A stretch of 64,000 nucleotides of DNA, taken from NCBI GenBank assembly GCA_964016885.1, contig OZ024741.1:415338001-415402000 (forward strand), read 5' to 3'. The stretch comes from Eledone cirrhosa (lineage: Eukaryota). Below, in pieces: positions 9,671-25,160 of the stretch; within the stretch, counting starts at the first letter, position 1; each line of letters begins with the position of its first letter. The notes below the pieces were generated by a model. That model was not told where the DNA came from and made no database searches. It saw only the letters and a list, made by a program, of their open reading frames with translations. A program made the position numbers and the translations under genes.

Positions 9671-12600
9671 ACTTTAGTTACCAATCTGGTCAACACTGAC
9701 CAGGACTATTACCTACAGTTGTCTTAACCCTTTAGTTACCAACCTGGTCAACACTTACCAGGACTATTACCTACAGTTGTCTTAACCCTTTAGTTACCAA
9801 CCTGGTCAACACTAACCAGGACTATTACCCACACTTGTCTTAACCCTTTAGTTACCAGTCTGGTCAACACTAACCAGGACTATTACCTACAGTTGTCTTA
9901 ACACTTTAGTTACCAATCTGGTCAACACTGACCAGGACTATTACCTACAGTTCTCTTAACCCTTTAGTTACCAGCCTGGTCAACACTGACCAGCACTATT
10001 ATCTACAGTTGTCTTAACCCTTTGGTTACCAACCTGGTCAACACTGACCAGCACTATTATCTACAGTTGTCGTAACCCTTTAGTTACCAACCTGGTCAAC
10101 ACTGACCAGGACTATTACCTACAGTTGTCTTAACCCTTTAGTTACCAACCTGGTCAACACTGACTAGAACTATTAGCTACAGTTGTCTTAACCCTTTAGT
10201 TACCAACCTGGTCAACACTAACCAGGACTATTACCTACAGTTGTCTTAACCCTTTAGTTACCAACCTGGTCAACACTTACCAGGACTATTACCTACAGTT
10301 GTCTTAACCCTTTAGTTACAAACCTGGTCAAAAATAACCAGGACTATTACCTACAGTTGTCTTAACCCTTTAGTTACCAACCTGGTCAACACTGACCAGG
10401 ACTATTACCTACAGTTGTCTTAACCCTTTAGTTACTAACCTGGTCAACACTGACCAGGACTATTACCTAGAGTTGTCCTAACCCTTTAGTTACCAATCTG
10501 GTCAACACTAACCAGGACTATTATCTACAGTTGTCTTAACCCTTTAGTTACCAACCTGGTCAACACTTACCAGGACTATTACCTACAGTTGTCTTAACCC
10601 TTTAGTTACCAACCTGGTCAACACTAACCAGGACTATTACCTACAGTTGTCTTAACCCTTTAGTTACCAGTCTGGTCAACACTAACCAGGACTATTACCT
10701 ACAGTTGTCTTAACCCTTTAGTTACCAACCTGGTCAACACTAACCAGGACTATTACCTACAGTTGTCTTAACCCTTTAGTTACCAACCTGGTCAACACTG
10801 ACCAGGACTATTACCTACAGTTGTCTTAACCCTTTAGTTACTAACCTGGTCAACACTGACCAGCACTATTATCTACAGTTGTCGTAACACTTTAGTTACC
10901 AACCTGGTCAACACTTACCAGGACTATTACCTACAGTTGTCTTAACACTTTAGTTACCAACCTGGTCAACACTTACCAGGACTATTACCTACAGTTGTCT
11001 TATCCCTTTAGTTACCAACCTGGTCAACACTGACCAGGACTATTACCTACAGTTGTCTTAACCCTTTAGTTACCAACCTGGTCAACACTGACCAGGACTA
11101 TTACCTACAGTTGTCTTTAACCTTTAGTTTCCAACCTGGTCAACACTGACCAGGAATATTACCTGCAGTTGTCTTAACCCTTTAGTTACCAACCTGGTCA
11201 ACACTAACCAGGACTATTACCTAAAGTTGTCTTAACCCTTTAGTTAAGTTACCAACCTGGTCAATAGTGACCAGAACTATTACCTACAGTTGTCTTAACC
11301 CTTTAGTTACCAACCTGGTCAACACTGACCAGGACTATTACCTACAGTTGTCTTGACTCTTTAGTTTCCAACCTGGTCAACACTGACCAGGACTATTACC
11401 TTCAGTTGTCTTAACCCTTTAGTTACCAGTCTGGTCAACCCTGACCAGCACTATTATCTACAGTTGTCTTAACCCTTTAGTTACCACTCTGGTCAACACT
11501 GACCAGCACTATTATCTACAGTTGTCTTGACCCTTTAGTTACCAGTCTGGTCAACACTGACCAGGACTATTACCTACAGTTGTCGTAACACTTTAGTTAT
11601 CAACCTAGTCAACACTAACCAGGACTATTATCTGCAGTTGTCGTAACACTTTAGTTACCAAACTGGTCAACACTTACCAGGACTATTACCTACAGTTGTC
11701 TTAACACTTTAGTTACCAGCCTGGTCAACACTTACCAGGACTATTACCTACAGTTGTCTTAACCCTTTAGTTACCAACCTAGTCAACACTAACCAGGACT
11801 ATTAACTACAGTTGTCTTGACCCTTTAGTTACCAACCTGGTCAACATTGACCAGGACTAATACCTACAGTTGTCTTAACCCTTTAGTTACCAACCTGGTC
11901 AACACTGACCAGGACTATTACCTACAGTTGTCTTAACCCTTTAGTTACCAACCTGGTCAACACTAACCAGGAATATTATCTACAGTTGTGTTAACCCTTT
12001 AGTTACCAACCTGGTCAACACTAACCAGGACTATTACCTACAGTTGTCTTAAACCTTTAGTTTCCAACCTGGTCAACACAGACCAGGACTATTACCTACA
12101 GTTGTCTTAACCCTTTAGTTACCAACCCAGTCAACACTAACCAGGACGATTACCTACAGTTCTCTTAACCCTTTAGTTACCAACCTGGTCAACACTGACC
12201 AGCACTATTATCTACAGTTGTCTTAAGCCTTTAGTTAACAGTCTGGTCAACACTGACCGGCACTATTATCTACAGTTGTCTTAACCCTTTAGTTACCAGT
12301 CTAGTCAACACTGACCAGCACTATTATCTACAGTTGTCGTAACACTTTAGTTACCAATCTGGTCAACACTTACCAGGACTATTACCTACAGTTGATGTAA
12401 CCCTTTAGTTACCAACCTGGTCAACACTAACCAGGACTATTACCTACAGTTGTCTTAACCCTTTAAATTCCAACCTGGTCAACACTGACCAGGACTATTA
12501 CCTACAGTTGATGTAACCCTTTAGTTACCAACCTGGTCAACACTAACCAGGACTATTACCTACAGTTGTCTTAACCCTTTAAATTCCAACCTGGTCAACA

Positions 12601-15600
12601 CTGACCAGGACTATTGCCTACAGTTGTCTTAACCCTTTAGTTACCAACCTGGTCAACACTGACCAGGACTATTGCCTACATTTGTCTTAACCCTTTAGTT
12701 ACCAACCTGGTCAACACTGACCAGAACTATTGCCTACAGTTGTCTTAACCCTTTAGTTACCAACCTGGTCAACACTGACCAGGACTATTACCTACAGTTG
12801 TCTTAACCCTTTAGTTACCAACCTCGTCAACACTGACCAGGACTATTACCTACAGTTCTCTTAACCCTTTAGTTACCAGTCTGGTCAACACTGACCTGCA
12901 CTATTATCTACAGTTGTCTTAACCCTTTAGTTACCAACCTGGTCAACATTTACCAGGACTATTACCTACAGTTGTCTTAACCCTTTAGTTACCAACCTGG
13001 TCAACACTGACCAGGACTATTACCTACAGTTGTCTTAACCCTTTAGTTACCAACCTGGTCAACACTTACCAGGACTATTACCTACAGTTGTCTTAACCCT
13101 TTAGTTACCAACCTGGTCAACACTAACCAGGACTATTACCTACAGGTGTCTTAACCCTTTAGTTACCAACCTGGTCAACACTAACCAGGACTATTACCTA
13201 CAGTTGTCTTAACCCTTTAGTTACCAACCTGGTCAACACTTACCAGGACTATTACCTACAGTTGTCTTAACCCTTTAGTTACAAACCTGGTCAATAATAA
13301 CCAGGACTATTACCTACAGTTGTCTTAACCCTTTAGTTACCAACCTGGTCAAGACTGACCAGGACTATTACCTACAGTTGTCTTAACCCTTTAGTTACTA
13401 ACCTGGTCAACACTGACCAGGACTATTACCTACAGTTGTCCTAACCCTTTAGTTACCAATCTGGTCAACACTAACCAGGACTATTATCTACAGTTGTCTT
13501 AACCCTTTAGTTACCAACCTGGTCAACACTGACCAGAACTATTAGCTACAGTTGTCTTAACCCTTTAGTTACCAACCTGGTCAACACTAACCAGGACTAT
13601 TACCTACAGTTGTCTTAACCCTTTAGTTACCAACCTGGTCAACACTTACCAGGACTATTACCTACAGTTGTCTTAACCCTTTAGTTACAAACCTTTTCAA
13701 CAATAACCAGGACTATTACCTACAGTTGTCTTAACCCTTTAGTTACCAACCTGGTCAACACTGACCAGAACTATTACCTACAGTTGTCTTAACCCTTTAG
13801 TTACTAACCTGGTCAACACTGACCAGGACTATTACCTACAGTTGTCTTAACCCTTTAGTTCCCAACCTGGTCAACACTTACCAGGACTATTACCTACAGT
13901 TGTCTTAACCCTTTAGTTACCAACCTGGTCAACACTAACCAGGACTATTACCTACAGTTGTCTTAACCCTTTAGTTACCAGTCTGGTCAACACTAACCAG
14001 GACTATTACCTACAGTTGTCTTAACACTTTAGTTACCAATCTGGTCAACACTGACCAGGACTATTACCTACAGTTCTCTTAACCCTTTAGTTACCAGCCT
14101 GGTCAACACTGACCAGCACTATTATCTACAGTTGTCTTAACCCTTTAGTTACCAACCTGGTCAACACTGACCAGGACTATTACCTACAGTTGTCTTAACC
14201 CTTTAGTTACCAACCTGCTCAACACTGACCAGAACTATTAGCTACAGTTGTCTTAACCCTTTAGTTCCCAACCTGGTCAACACTTACCAGGACTATTACC
14301 TACAGTTGTCTTAACCCTTTAGTTACCAACCTGGTCAACACTAACCAGGACTATTACCTACAGTTGTCTTAACCCTTTAGTTACCAGTCTGGTCAACACT
14401 AACCAGGACTATTACCTACAGTTGTCTTAACCCTTTAGTTACCAGTCTGGTCAACACTAACCAGGACTATTACCTACAGTTGTCTTAACACTTTAGTTAC
14501 CAATCTGGTCAACACTGACCAGGACTATTACCTACAGTTCTCTTAACCCTTTAGTTACCAGCCTGGTCAACACTGACCAGCACTATTATCTACAGTTGTC
14601 TTAACCCTTTGGTTACCAACCTGGTCAACACTGACCAGCACTATTATCTACAGTTGTCGTAACCCTTTAGTTACCAACCTGGTCAACACTGACCAGGACT
14701 ATTACCTACAGTTGTCTTAACCCTTTAGTTACCAACCTGGTCAACACTGACCAGAACTATTAGCTACAGTTGTCTTAACCCTTTAGTTACCAACCTAGTC
14801 AACACTAACCAGGACTATTACCTACAGTTGTCTTAACCCTTTAGTTACCAACCTGGTCAACACTTACCAGGACTATTACCTACAGTTGTCTTAACCCTTT
14901 AGTTACAAACCTGGTCAACAATAACCAGGACTATTACCTACAGTTGTCTTAACCCTTTAGTTACCAACCTGGTCAACACTGACCAGGACTTACCTACAGT
15001 TGTCTTAACCCTTTAGTTACTAACCTGGTCAACACTGACCAGGACTATTACCTACAGTTGTCTTAACCCTTTAGTTACAAACCTTTTCAACAATAACCAG
15101 GACTATTACCTACAGTTGTCTTAACCCTTTAGTTACCAACCTGGTCAACACTGACCAGAACTATTACCTACAGTTGTCTTAACCCTTTAGTTACCTGTCT
15201 GGTCAACACTAACCAGGACTATTACCTAGAGTTGTCTTAACACTTTAGTTACCAATCTGGTCAACACTGACCAGGACTATTACCTACAGTTCTCTTAACC
15301 CTTTAGTTACCAGCCTGGTCAACACTGACCAGCACTATTATCTACAGTTGTCTTAACCCTTTGGTTACCAACCTGGTCAACACTGACCAGCACTATTATC
15401 TACAGTTGTCGTAACCCTTTAGTTACCAACCTGGTCAACACTGACCAGGACTATTACCTACAGTTGTCTTAACCCTTTAGTTACCAACCTGGTCAACACT
15501 AACCAGGACTATTACCTACAGTTGTCTTAACCCTTTAGTTACCAACCTGGTCAACACTTACCAGGACTATTACCTACTGTTGTCTTAACCCTTTAGTTAC

Positions 15601-18600
15601 AAACCTGGTCAACAATAACCAGGACTATTACCTACAGTTGTCTTAACCCTTTAGTTACCAACCTGGTCAACACTGACCAGGACTATTACCTACAGTTGTC
15701 TTAACCCTTTAGTTACTAACCTGGTCAACACTGACCAGGACTATTACCTACAGTTGTCCTAACCCTTTAGTTACCAATCTGGTCAACACTAGCCAGGACT
15801 ATTATCTACAGTTGTCTTAACCCTTTAGTTACCAACCTGGTCAACACTTACCAGGACTATTACCTACAGTTGTCTTAACCCTTTAGTTACCAACCTGGTC
15901 AACACTTACCAGGACTATTACCTACAGTTGTCTTAACCCTTTAGTTACAAACCTGGTCAACACTGACCAGGACTATTACCTACAGGTGTCTTAACCCTTT
16001 AGTTACTAACCTGGTCAACACTGACCAGGACTATTACCTACAGTTGTCCTAACCCTTTAGTTACCAATCTGGTCAACACTAACCAGGACTATTATCTACA
16101 GTTGTCTTAACCCTTTAGTTACCAACCTGGTCAACACTTACCAGGACTATTACCTACAGTTGCCTTAACCCTTTAGTTACCAACCTGGTCAACACTAACC
16201 AGGACTATTACCTACAGTTGTCTTAATCCTTTAGTTACCAGTCTGGTCAACACTAACCAGGACTATTACCTACAGTTGTCTTAACAATTTAGTTACCAAT
16301 CTGGTCAACACTGACCAGGACTATTACCTACAGTTCTCTTAACCCTTTAGTTACCAGCCCGGTCAACACTGACCAGCACTATTATCTACAGTTGTCTTAA
16401 CCCTTTGGTTACCAACCTGGTCAACACTGACCAGCACTATTATGTACAGTTGTCTTAACCCTTTAGTTACCAACCTGGTCAACACTGACCAGGACTATTA
16501 CCTACAGTTGTCTTAACCCTTTAGTTACCAACCTGCTCAACACTGACCAGAACTATTAGCTACAGTTGTCTTAACCCTTTAGTTCCCAACCTGGTCAACA
16601 CTTACCAGGACTATTACCTACAGTTGTCTTAACCCTTTAGTTACCAACCTGGTCAACACTAACCAGGACTATTACCTACAGTTGTCTTAACCCTTTAGTT
16701 ACCAGTCTGGTCAACACTAACCAGGACTATTACCTACAGTTGTCTTAACACTTTAGTTACCAATCTGGTCAACACTGACCAGGACTATTACCTACAGTTG
16801 TCTTAACCCTTTAGTTACCAACCTGGTCAACACTTACCAGGACTATTACCTACAGTTGTCTTAACCCTTTAGTTACCAACCTGGTCAACACTAACCAGGA
16901 CTATTACCCACACTTGTCTTAACCCTTTAGTTACCAGTCTGGTCAACACTAACCAGGACTATTACCTACAGTTGTCTTAACACTTTAGTTACCAATCTGG
17001 TCAACACTGACCAGGACTATTACCTACAGTTCTCTTAACCCTTTAGTTACCAGCCTGGTCAACACTGACCAGCACTATTATCTACAGTTGTCTTAACCCT
17101 TTGGTTACCAACCTGGTCAACACTGACCAGCACTATTATCTACAGTTGTCGTAACCCTTTAGTTACCAACCTGGTCAACACTGACCAGGACTATTACCTA
17201 CAGTTGTCTTAACCCTTTAGTTACCAACCTGGTCAACACTGACTAGAACTATTAGCTACAGTTGTCTTAACCCTTTAGTTACCAACCTGGTCAACACTAA
17301 CCAGGACTATTACCTACAGTTGTCTTAACCCTTTAGTTACCAACCTGGTCAACACTTACCAGGACTATTACCTACAGTTGTCTTAACCCTTTAGTTACAA
17401 ACCTGGTCAAAAATAACCAGGACTATTACCTACAGTTGTCTTAACCCTTTAGTTACCAACCTGGTCAACACTGACCAGGACTATTACCTACAGTTGTCTT
17501 AACCCTTTAGTTACTAACCTGGTCAACACTGACCAGGACTATTACCTAGAGTTGTCCTAACCCTTTAGTTACCAATCTGGTCAACACTAACCAGGACTAT
17601 TATCTACAGTTGTCTTAACCCTTTAGTTACCAACCTGGTCAACACTTACCAGGACTATTACCTACAGTTGTCTTAACCCTTTAGTTACCAACCTGGTCAA
17701 CACTAACCAGGACTATTACCTACAGTTGTCTTAACCCTTTAGTTACCAGTCTGGTCAACACTAACCAGGACTATTACCTACAGTTGTCTTAACCCTTTAG
17801 TTACCAACCTGGTCAACACTAACCAGGACTATTACCTACAGTTGTCTTAACCCTTTAGTTACCAACCTGGTCAACACTGACCAGGACTATTACCTACAGT
17901 TGTCTTAACCCTTTAGTTACTAACCTGGTCAACACTGACCAGCACTATTATCTACAGTTGTCGTAACACTTTAGTTACCAACCTGGTCAACACTTACCAG
18001 GACTATTACCTACAGTTGTCTTAACACTTTAGTTACCAACCTGGTCAACACTTACCAGGACTATTACCTACAGTTGTCTTATCCCTTTAGTTACCAACCT
18101 GGTCAACACTGACCAGGACTATTACCTACAGTTGTCTTAACCCTTTAGTTACCAACCTGGTCAACACTGACCAGGACTATTACCTACAGTTGTCTTAAAC
18201 CTTTAGTTTCCAACCTGGTCAACACTGACCAGGAATATTACCTGCAGTTGTCTTAACCCTTTAGTTACCAACCTGGTCAACACTAACCAGGACTATTACC
18301 TAAAGTTGTCTTAACCCTTTAGTTAAGTTACCAACCTGGTCAATAGTGACCAGAACTATTACCTACAGTTGTCTTAACCCTTTAGTTACCAACCTGGTCA
18401 ACACTGACCAGGACTATTACCTACAGTTGTCTTGACTCTTTAGTTTCCAACCTGGTCAACACTGACCAGGACTATTACCTTCAGTTGTCTTAACCCTTTA
18501 GTTACCAGTCTGGTCAACCCTGACCAGCACTATTATCTACAGTTGTCTTAACCCTTTAGTTACCACTCTGGTCAACACTGACCAGCACTATTATCTACAG

Positions 18601-21225
18601 TTGTCTTGACCCTTTAGTTACCAGTCTGGTCAACACTGACCAGGACTATTACCTACAGTTGTCGTAACACTTTAGTTATCAACCTAGTCAACACTAACCA
18701 GGACTATTATCTGCAGTTGTCGTAACACTTTAGTTACCAAACTGGTCAACACTTACCAGGACTATTACCTACAGTTGTCTTAACACTTTAGTTACCAGCC
18801 TGGTCAACACTTACCAGGACTATTACCTACAGTTGTCTTAACCCTTTAGTTACCAACCTAGTCAACACTAACCAGGACTATTAACTACAGTTGTCTTGAC
18901 CCTTTAGTTACCAACCTGGTCAACATTGACCAGGACTAATACCTACAGTTGTCTTAACCCTTTAGTTACCAACCTGGTCAACACTGACCAGGACTATTAC
19001 CTACAGTTGTCTTAACCCTTTAGTTACCAACCTGGTCAACACTAACCAGGAATATTATCTACAGTTGTGTTAACCCTTTAGTTACCAACCTGGTCAACAC
19101 TAACCAGGACTATTACCTACAGTTGTCTTAAACCTTTAGTTTCCAACCTGGTCAACACAGACCAGGACTATTACCTACAGTTGTCTTAACCCTTTAGTTA
19201 CCAACCCAGTCAACACTAACCAGGACGATTACCTACAGTTCTCTTAACCCTTTAGTTACCAACCTGGTCAACACTGACCAGCACTATTATCTACAGTTGT
19301 CTTAAGCCTTTAGTTAACAGTCTGGTCAACACTGACCGGCACTATTATCTACAGTTGTCTTAACCCTTTAGTTACCAGTCTAGTCAACACTGACCAGCAC
19401 TATTATCTACAGTTGTCGTAACACTTTAGTTACCAATCTGGTCAACACTTACCAGGACTATTACCTACAGTTGATGTAACCCTTTAGTTACCAACCTGGT
19501 CAACACTAACCAGGACTATTACCTACAGTTGTCTTAACCCTTTAAATTCCAACCTGGTCAACACTGACCAGGACTATTACCTACAGTTGATGTAACCCTT
19601 TAGTTACCAACCTGGTCAACACTAACCAGGACTATTACCTACAGTTGTCTTAACCCTTTAAATTCCAACCTGGTCAACACTGACCAGGACTATTGCCTAC
19701 AGTTGTCTTAACCCTTTAGTTACCAACCTGGTCAACACTGACCAGGACTATTGCCTACATTTGTCTTAACCCTTTAGTTACCAACCTGGTCAACACTGAC
19801 CAGAACTATTGCCTACAGTTGTCTTAACCCTTTAGTTACCAACCTGGTCAACACTGACCAGGACTATTACCTACAGTTGTCTTAACCCTTTAGTTACCAA
19901 CCTCGTCAACACTGACCAGGACTATTACCTACAGTTCTCTTAACCCTTTAGTTACCAGTCTGGTCAACACTGACCTGCACTATTATCTACAGTTGTCTTA
20001 ACCCTTTAGTTACCAACCTGGTCAACATTTACCAGGACTATTACCTACAGTTGTCTTAACCCTTTAGTTACCAACCTGGTCAACACTGACCAGGACTATT
20101 ACCTACAGTTGTCTTAACCCTTTAGTTACCAACCTGGTCAACACTTACCAGGACTATTACCTACAGTTGTCTTAACCCTTTAGTTACCAACCTGGTCAAC
20201 ACTAACCAGGACTATTACCTACAGGTGTCTTAACCCTTTAGTTACCAACCTGGTCAACACTAACCAGGACTATTACCTACAGTTGTCTTAACCCTTTAGT
20301 TACCAACCTGGTCAACACTTACCAGGACTATTACCTACAGTTGTCTTAACCCTTTAGTTACAAACCTGGTCAATAATAACCAGGACTATTACCTACAGTT
20401 GTCTTAACCCTTTAGTTACCAACCTGGTCAAGACTGACCAGGACTATTACCTACAGTTGTCTTAACCCTTTAGTTACTAACCTGGTCAACACTGACCAGG
20501 ACTATTACCTACAGTTGTCCTAACCCTTTAGTTACCAATCTGGTCAACACTAACCAGGACTATTATCTACAGTTGTCTTAACCCTTTAGTTACCAACCTG
20601 GTCAACACTGACCAGAACTATTAGCTACAGTTGTCTTAACCCTTTAGTTACCAACCTGGTCAACACTAACCAGGACTATTACCTACAGTTGTCTTAACCC
20701 TTTAGTTACCAACCTGGTCAACACTTACCAGGACTATTACCTACAGTTGTCTTAACCCTTTAGTTACAAACCTTTTCAACAATAACCAGGACTATTACCT
20801 ACAGTTGTCTTAACCCTTTAGTTACCAACCTGGTCAACACTGACCAGAACTATTACCTACAGTTGTCTTAACCCTTTAGTTACTAACCTGGTCAACACTG
20901 ACCAGGACTATTACCTACAGTTGTCTTAACCCTTTAGTTCCCAACCTGGTCAACACTTACCAGGACTATTACCTACAGTTGTCTTAACCCTTTAGTTACC
21001 AACCTGGTCAACACTAACCAGGACTATTACCTACAGTTGTCTTAACCCTTTAGTTACCAGTCTGGTCAACACTAACCAGGACTATTACCTACAGTTGTCT
21101 TAACACTTTAGTTACCAATCTGGTCAACACTGACCAGGACTATTACCTACAGTTCTCTTAACCCTTTAGTTACCAGCCTGGTCAACACTGACCAGCACTA
21201 TTATCTACAGTTGTCTTAACCCTTT
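7048..21225. repeat. Near-perfect tandem duplication of a 7079-bp (122-monomer) segment
   Basis: The AGTTA insertion (11242/18321) and 2-bp deletion (7909/14988) are both offset by 7079. One SNP was seen (11118 T vs 18197 A). Identity breaks at 7047/14126 and 14147/21226. Confidence 0.9.
11070..12990. repeat. Divergent marker block of the satellite, type A copy 1 (other full copies ~18149-20069 A, 25112-26916 B, 34161-35965 C, 38400-40317 A, 47390-49194 B, 55861-57607 C)
   Basis: A run of monomers with rare variants: GGAATATTACCTGCAG, CTAAAGT, AGTTAAGTTA 5-bp insertion, CAATAGTGA, TTGACTCT, CCCAGTC..GACGAT, GTTGATGT, TTTAAATTCC, TTGCCTACATTT. Confidence 0.9.
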
Positions 21226-23069
21226 GGTTACCAACCTGGTCAACACTGACCAGCACTATTATCTACAGTTGTCGTAACCCTTTAGTTACCAACCTGGTCA
21301 ACACTGACCAGGACTATTACCTACAGTTGTCTTAACCCTTTAGTTACCAACCTGGTCAACACTGACCAGAACTATTAGCTACAGTTGTCTTAACCCTTTA
21401 GTTACCAACCTGGTCAACACTAACCAGGACTATTACCTACAGTTGTCTTAACCCTTTAGTTACCAACCTGGTCAACACTTACCAGGACTATTACCTACAG
21501 TTGTCTTAACCCTTTAGTTACAAACCTGGTCAACAATAACCAGGACTATTACCTACAGTTGTCTTAACCCTTTAGTTACCAACCTGGTCAACACTGACCA
21601 GGACTTACCTACAGTTGTCTTAACCCTTTAGTTACTAACCTGGTCAACACTGACCAGGACTATTACCTACAGTTGTCTTAACCCTTTAGTTACCAACCTG
21701 GTCAACACTTACCAGGACTATTACCTACAGTTGTCTTAACCCTTTAGTTACCAACCTGGTCAACACTAACCAGGACTATTACCTACAGTTGTCTTAACCC
21801 TTTAGTTACCTGTCTGGTCAACACTAACCAGGACTATTACCTAGAGTTGTCTTAACACTTTAGTTACCAATCTGGTCAACACTGACCAGGACTATTACCT
21901 ACAGTTCTCTTAACCCTTTAGTTACCAGCCTGGTCAACACTGACCAGCACTATTATCTACAGTTGTCTTAACCCTTTGGTTACCAACCTGGTCAACACTG
22001 ACCAGCACTATTATCTACAGTTGTCGTAACCCTTTAGTTACCAACCTGGTCAACACTGACCAGGACTATTACCTACAGTTGTCTTAACCCTTTAGTTACT
22101 AACCTGGTCAACACTGACCAGGACTATTACCTACAGTTGTCTTAACCCTTTAGTTACCAACCTGGTCAACACTTACCAGGACTATTACCTACAGTTGTCT
22201 TAACCCTTTAGTTACCAACCTGGTCAACACTAACCAGGACTATTACCTACACTTGTCTTAACCCTTTAGTTACCAGTCTGGTCAACACTAACCAGGACTA
22301 TTACCTACAGTTGTCTTAACACTTTAGTTACCAATCTGGTCAACACTGACCAGGACTATTACCTACAGTTCTCTTAACCCTTTAGTTACCAGCCTGGTCA
22401 ACACTGACCAGCACTATTATCTACAGTTGTCTTAACCCTTTGGTTACCAACCTGGTCAACACTGACCAGGACTATTACCTACAGTTGTCGTAACCCTTTA
22501 GTTACCAACCTGGTCAACACTGACCAGGACTATTACCTACAGTTGTCTTAACCCTTTAGTTACCAACCTGGTCAACACTGACTAGAACTATTAGCTACAG
22601 TTGTCTTAACCCTTTAGTTACCAACCTGGTCAACACTAACCAGGACTATTACCTACAGTTGTCTTAACCCTTTAGTTACCAACCTGGTCAACACTTACCA
22701 GGACTATTACCTACAGTTGTCTTAACCCTTTAGTTACCAACCTGGTCAACACTGACCAGGACTATTACCTACAGTTGTCTTAACCCTTTAGTTACTAACC
22801 TGGTCAACACTGACCAGGACTATTACCTAGAGTTGTCCTAACCCTTTAGTTACCAATCTGGTCAACACTAACCAGGACTATTATCTACAGTTGTCTTAAC
22901 CCTTTAGTTACCAACCTGGTCAACACTTACCAGGACTATTACCTACAGTTGTCTTAACCCTTTAGTTACCAACCTGGTCAACACTAACCAGGACTATTAC
23001 CTACAGTTGTCTTAACCCTTTAGTTACCAGTCTGGTCAACACTAACCAGGACTATTACCTACAGTTGTC

Positions 23070-25160
23070 TTAACACTTTAGTTACCAATCTGGTCAACAC
23101 TGACCAGGACTATTACCTACAGTTCTCTTAACCCTTTAGTTACCAGCCTGGTCAACACTGACCAGCACTATTATCTACAGTTGTCTTAACCCTTTGGTTA
23201 CCAACCTGGTCAACACTGACCAGCACTATTATGTACAGTTGTCGTAACCCTTTAGTTACCAACCTGGTCAACACTGACCGGGACTATTACCTACAGTTGT
23301 CTTAACCCTTTAGTTACCAACCTGGTCAACACTGACCAGAACTATTAGCTACAGTTGTCTTAACCCTTTAGTTACCAACCTGGTCAACACTAACCAGGAC
23401 TATTACCTACAGTTGTCTTAACCCTTTAGTTACCAACCTGGTCAACACTTACCAGGACTATTACCTACAGTTGTCTTAACCCTTTAGTTACAAACCTGGT
23501 CAACAATAACCAGGACTATTACCTACAGTTGTCTTAACCCTTTAGTTACCAACCTGGTCAACACTGACCAGGACTATTACCTACAGTTGTCTTAACCCTT
23601 TAGTTACTAACCTGGTCAACACTGACCAGGACTATTACCTACAGTTGTCTTAACGCTTTAGTTACCAACCTGGTCAACACTTACCAGGACTATTACCTAC
23701 AGTTGTCTTAACCCTTTAGTTACCAACCTGGTCAACACTAACCAGGACTATTACCTACAGTTGTCTTAACCCTTTAGTTACCAACCTGGTCAACACTGAC
23801 CAGGACTATTACCTACAGTTGTCTTAACCCTTTAGTTACTAACCTGGTCAACACTGACCAGCACTATTATCTACAGTTGTCGTAACACTTTAGTTACCAA
23901 CCTGGTCAACACTTACCAGGACTATTACCTACAGTTGTCTTAACACTTTAGTTACCAACCTGGTCAACACTTACCAGGACTATTACCTACAGTTGTCTTA
24001 TCCCTTTAGTTACCAACCTGGTCAACACTGACCAGGACTATTACCTACAGTTGTCTTAACCCTTTAGTTACCAACCTGGTCAACACTGACCAGGACTATT
24101 ACCTACAGTTGTCTTAACACTTTAGTTACCAATCTGGTCAACACTGACCAGGACTATTACCTACAGTTCTCTTAACCCTTTAGTTACCAGCCTGGTCAAC
24201 ACTGACCAGCACTATTATCTACAGTTGTCTTAACCCTTTGGTTACCAACCTGGTCAACACTGACCAGCACTATTATGTACAGTTGTCGTAACCCTTTAGT
24301 TACCAACCTGGTCAACACTGACCGGGACTATTACCTACAGTTGTCTTAACCCTTTAGTTACCAACCTGGTCAACACTGACCAGAACTATTAGCTACAGTT
24401 GTCTTAACCCTTTAGTTACCAACCTGGTCAACACTAACCAGGACTATTACCTACAGTTGTCTTAACCCTTTAGTTACCAACCTGGTCAACACTTACCAGG
24501 ACTATTACCTACAGTTGTCTTAACCCTTTAGTTACAAACCTGGTCAACAATAACCAGGACTATTACCTACAGTTGTCTTAACCCTTTAGTTACCAACCTG
24601 GTCAACACTGACCAGGACTATTACCTACAGTTGTCTTAACCCTTTAGTTACTAACCTGGTCAACACTGACCAGGACTATTACCTACAGTTGTCTTAACGC
24701 TTTAGTTACCAACCTGGTCAACACTTACCAGGACTATTACCTACAGTTGTCTTAACCCTTTAGTTACCAACCTGGTCAACACTAACCAGGACTATTACCT
24801 ACAGTTGTCTTAACCCTTTAGTTACCAACCTGGTCAACACTGACCAGGACTATTACCTACAGTTGTCTTAACCCTTTAGTTACTAACCTGGTCAACACTG
24901 ACCAGCACTATTATCTACAGTTGTCGTAACACTTTAGTTACCAACCTGGTCAACACTTACCAGGACTATTACCTACAGTTGTCTTAACACTTTAGTTACC
25001 AACCTGGTCAACACTTACCAGGACTATTACCTACAGTTGTCTTATCCCTTTAGTTACCAACCTGGTCAACACTGACCAGGACTATTACCTACAGTTGTCT
25101 TAACCCTTTAGTTACCAACCTGGTCAACACTGACCAGGACTATTACCTACAGTTGTCTTA
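23070..25160. repeat. Tandem duplication of 1044 bp (18 monomers); paralogous copy at ~45350-47440
   Basis: The CCGGG variant is at 23280/24324 and 45558/46602 (offset 1044). The TAACGCTTT and TTATCCC variants are also doubled. Confidence 0.85.
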
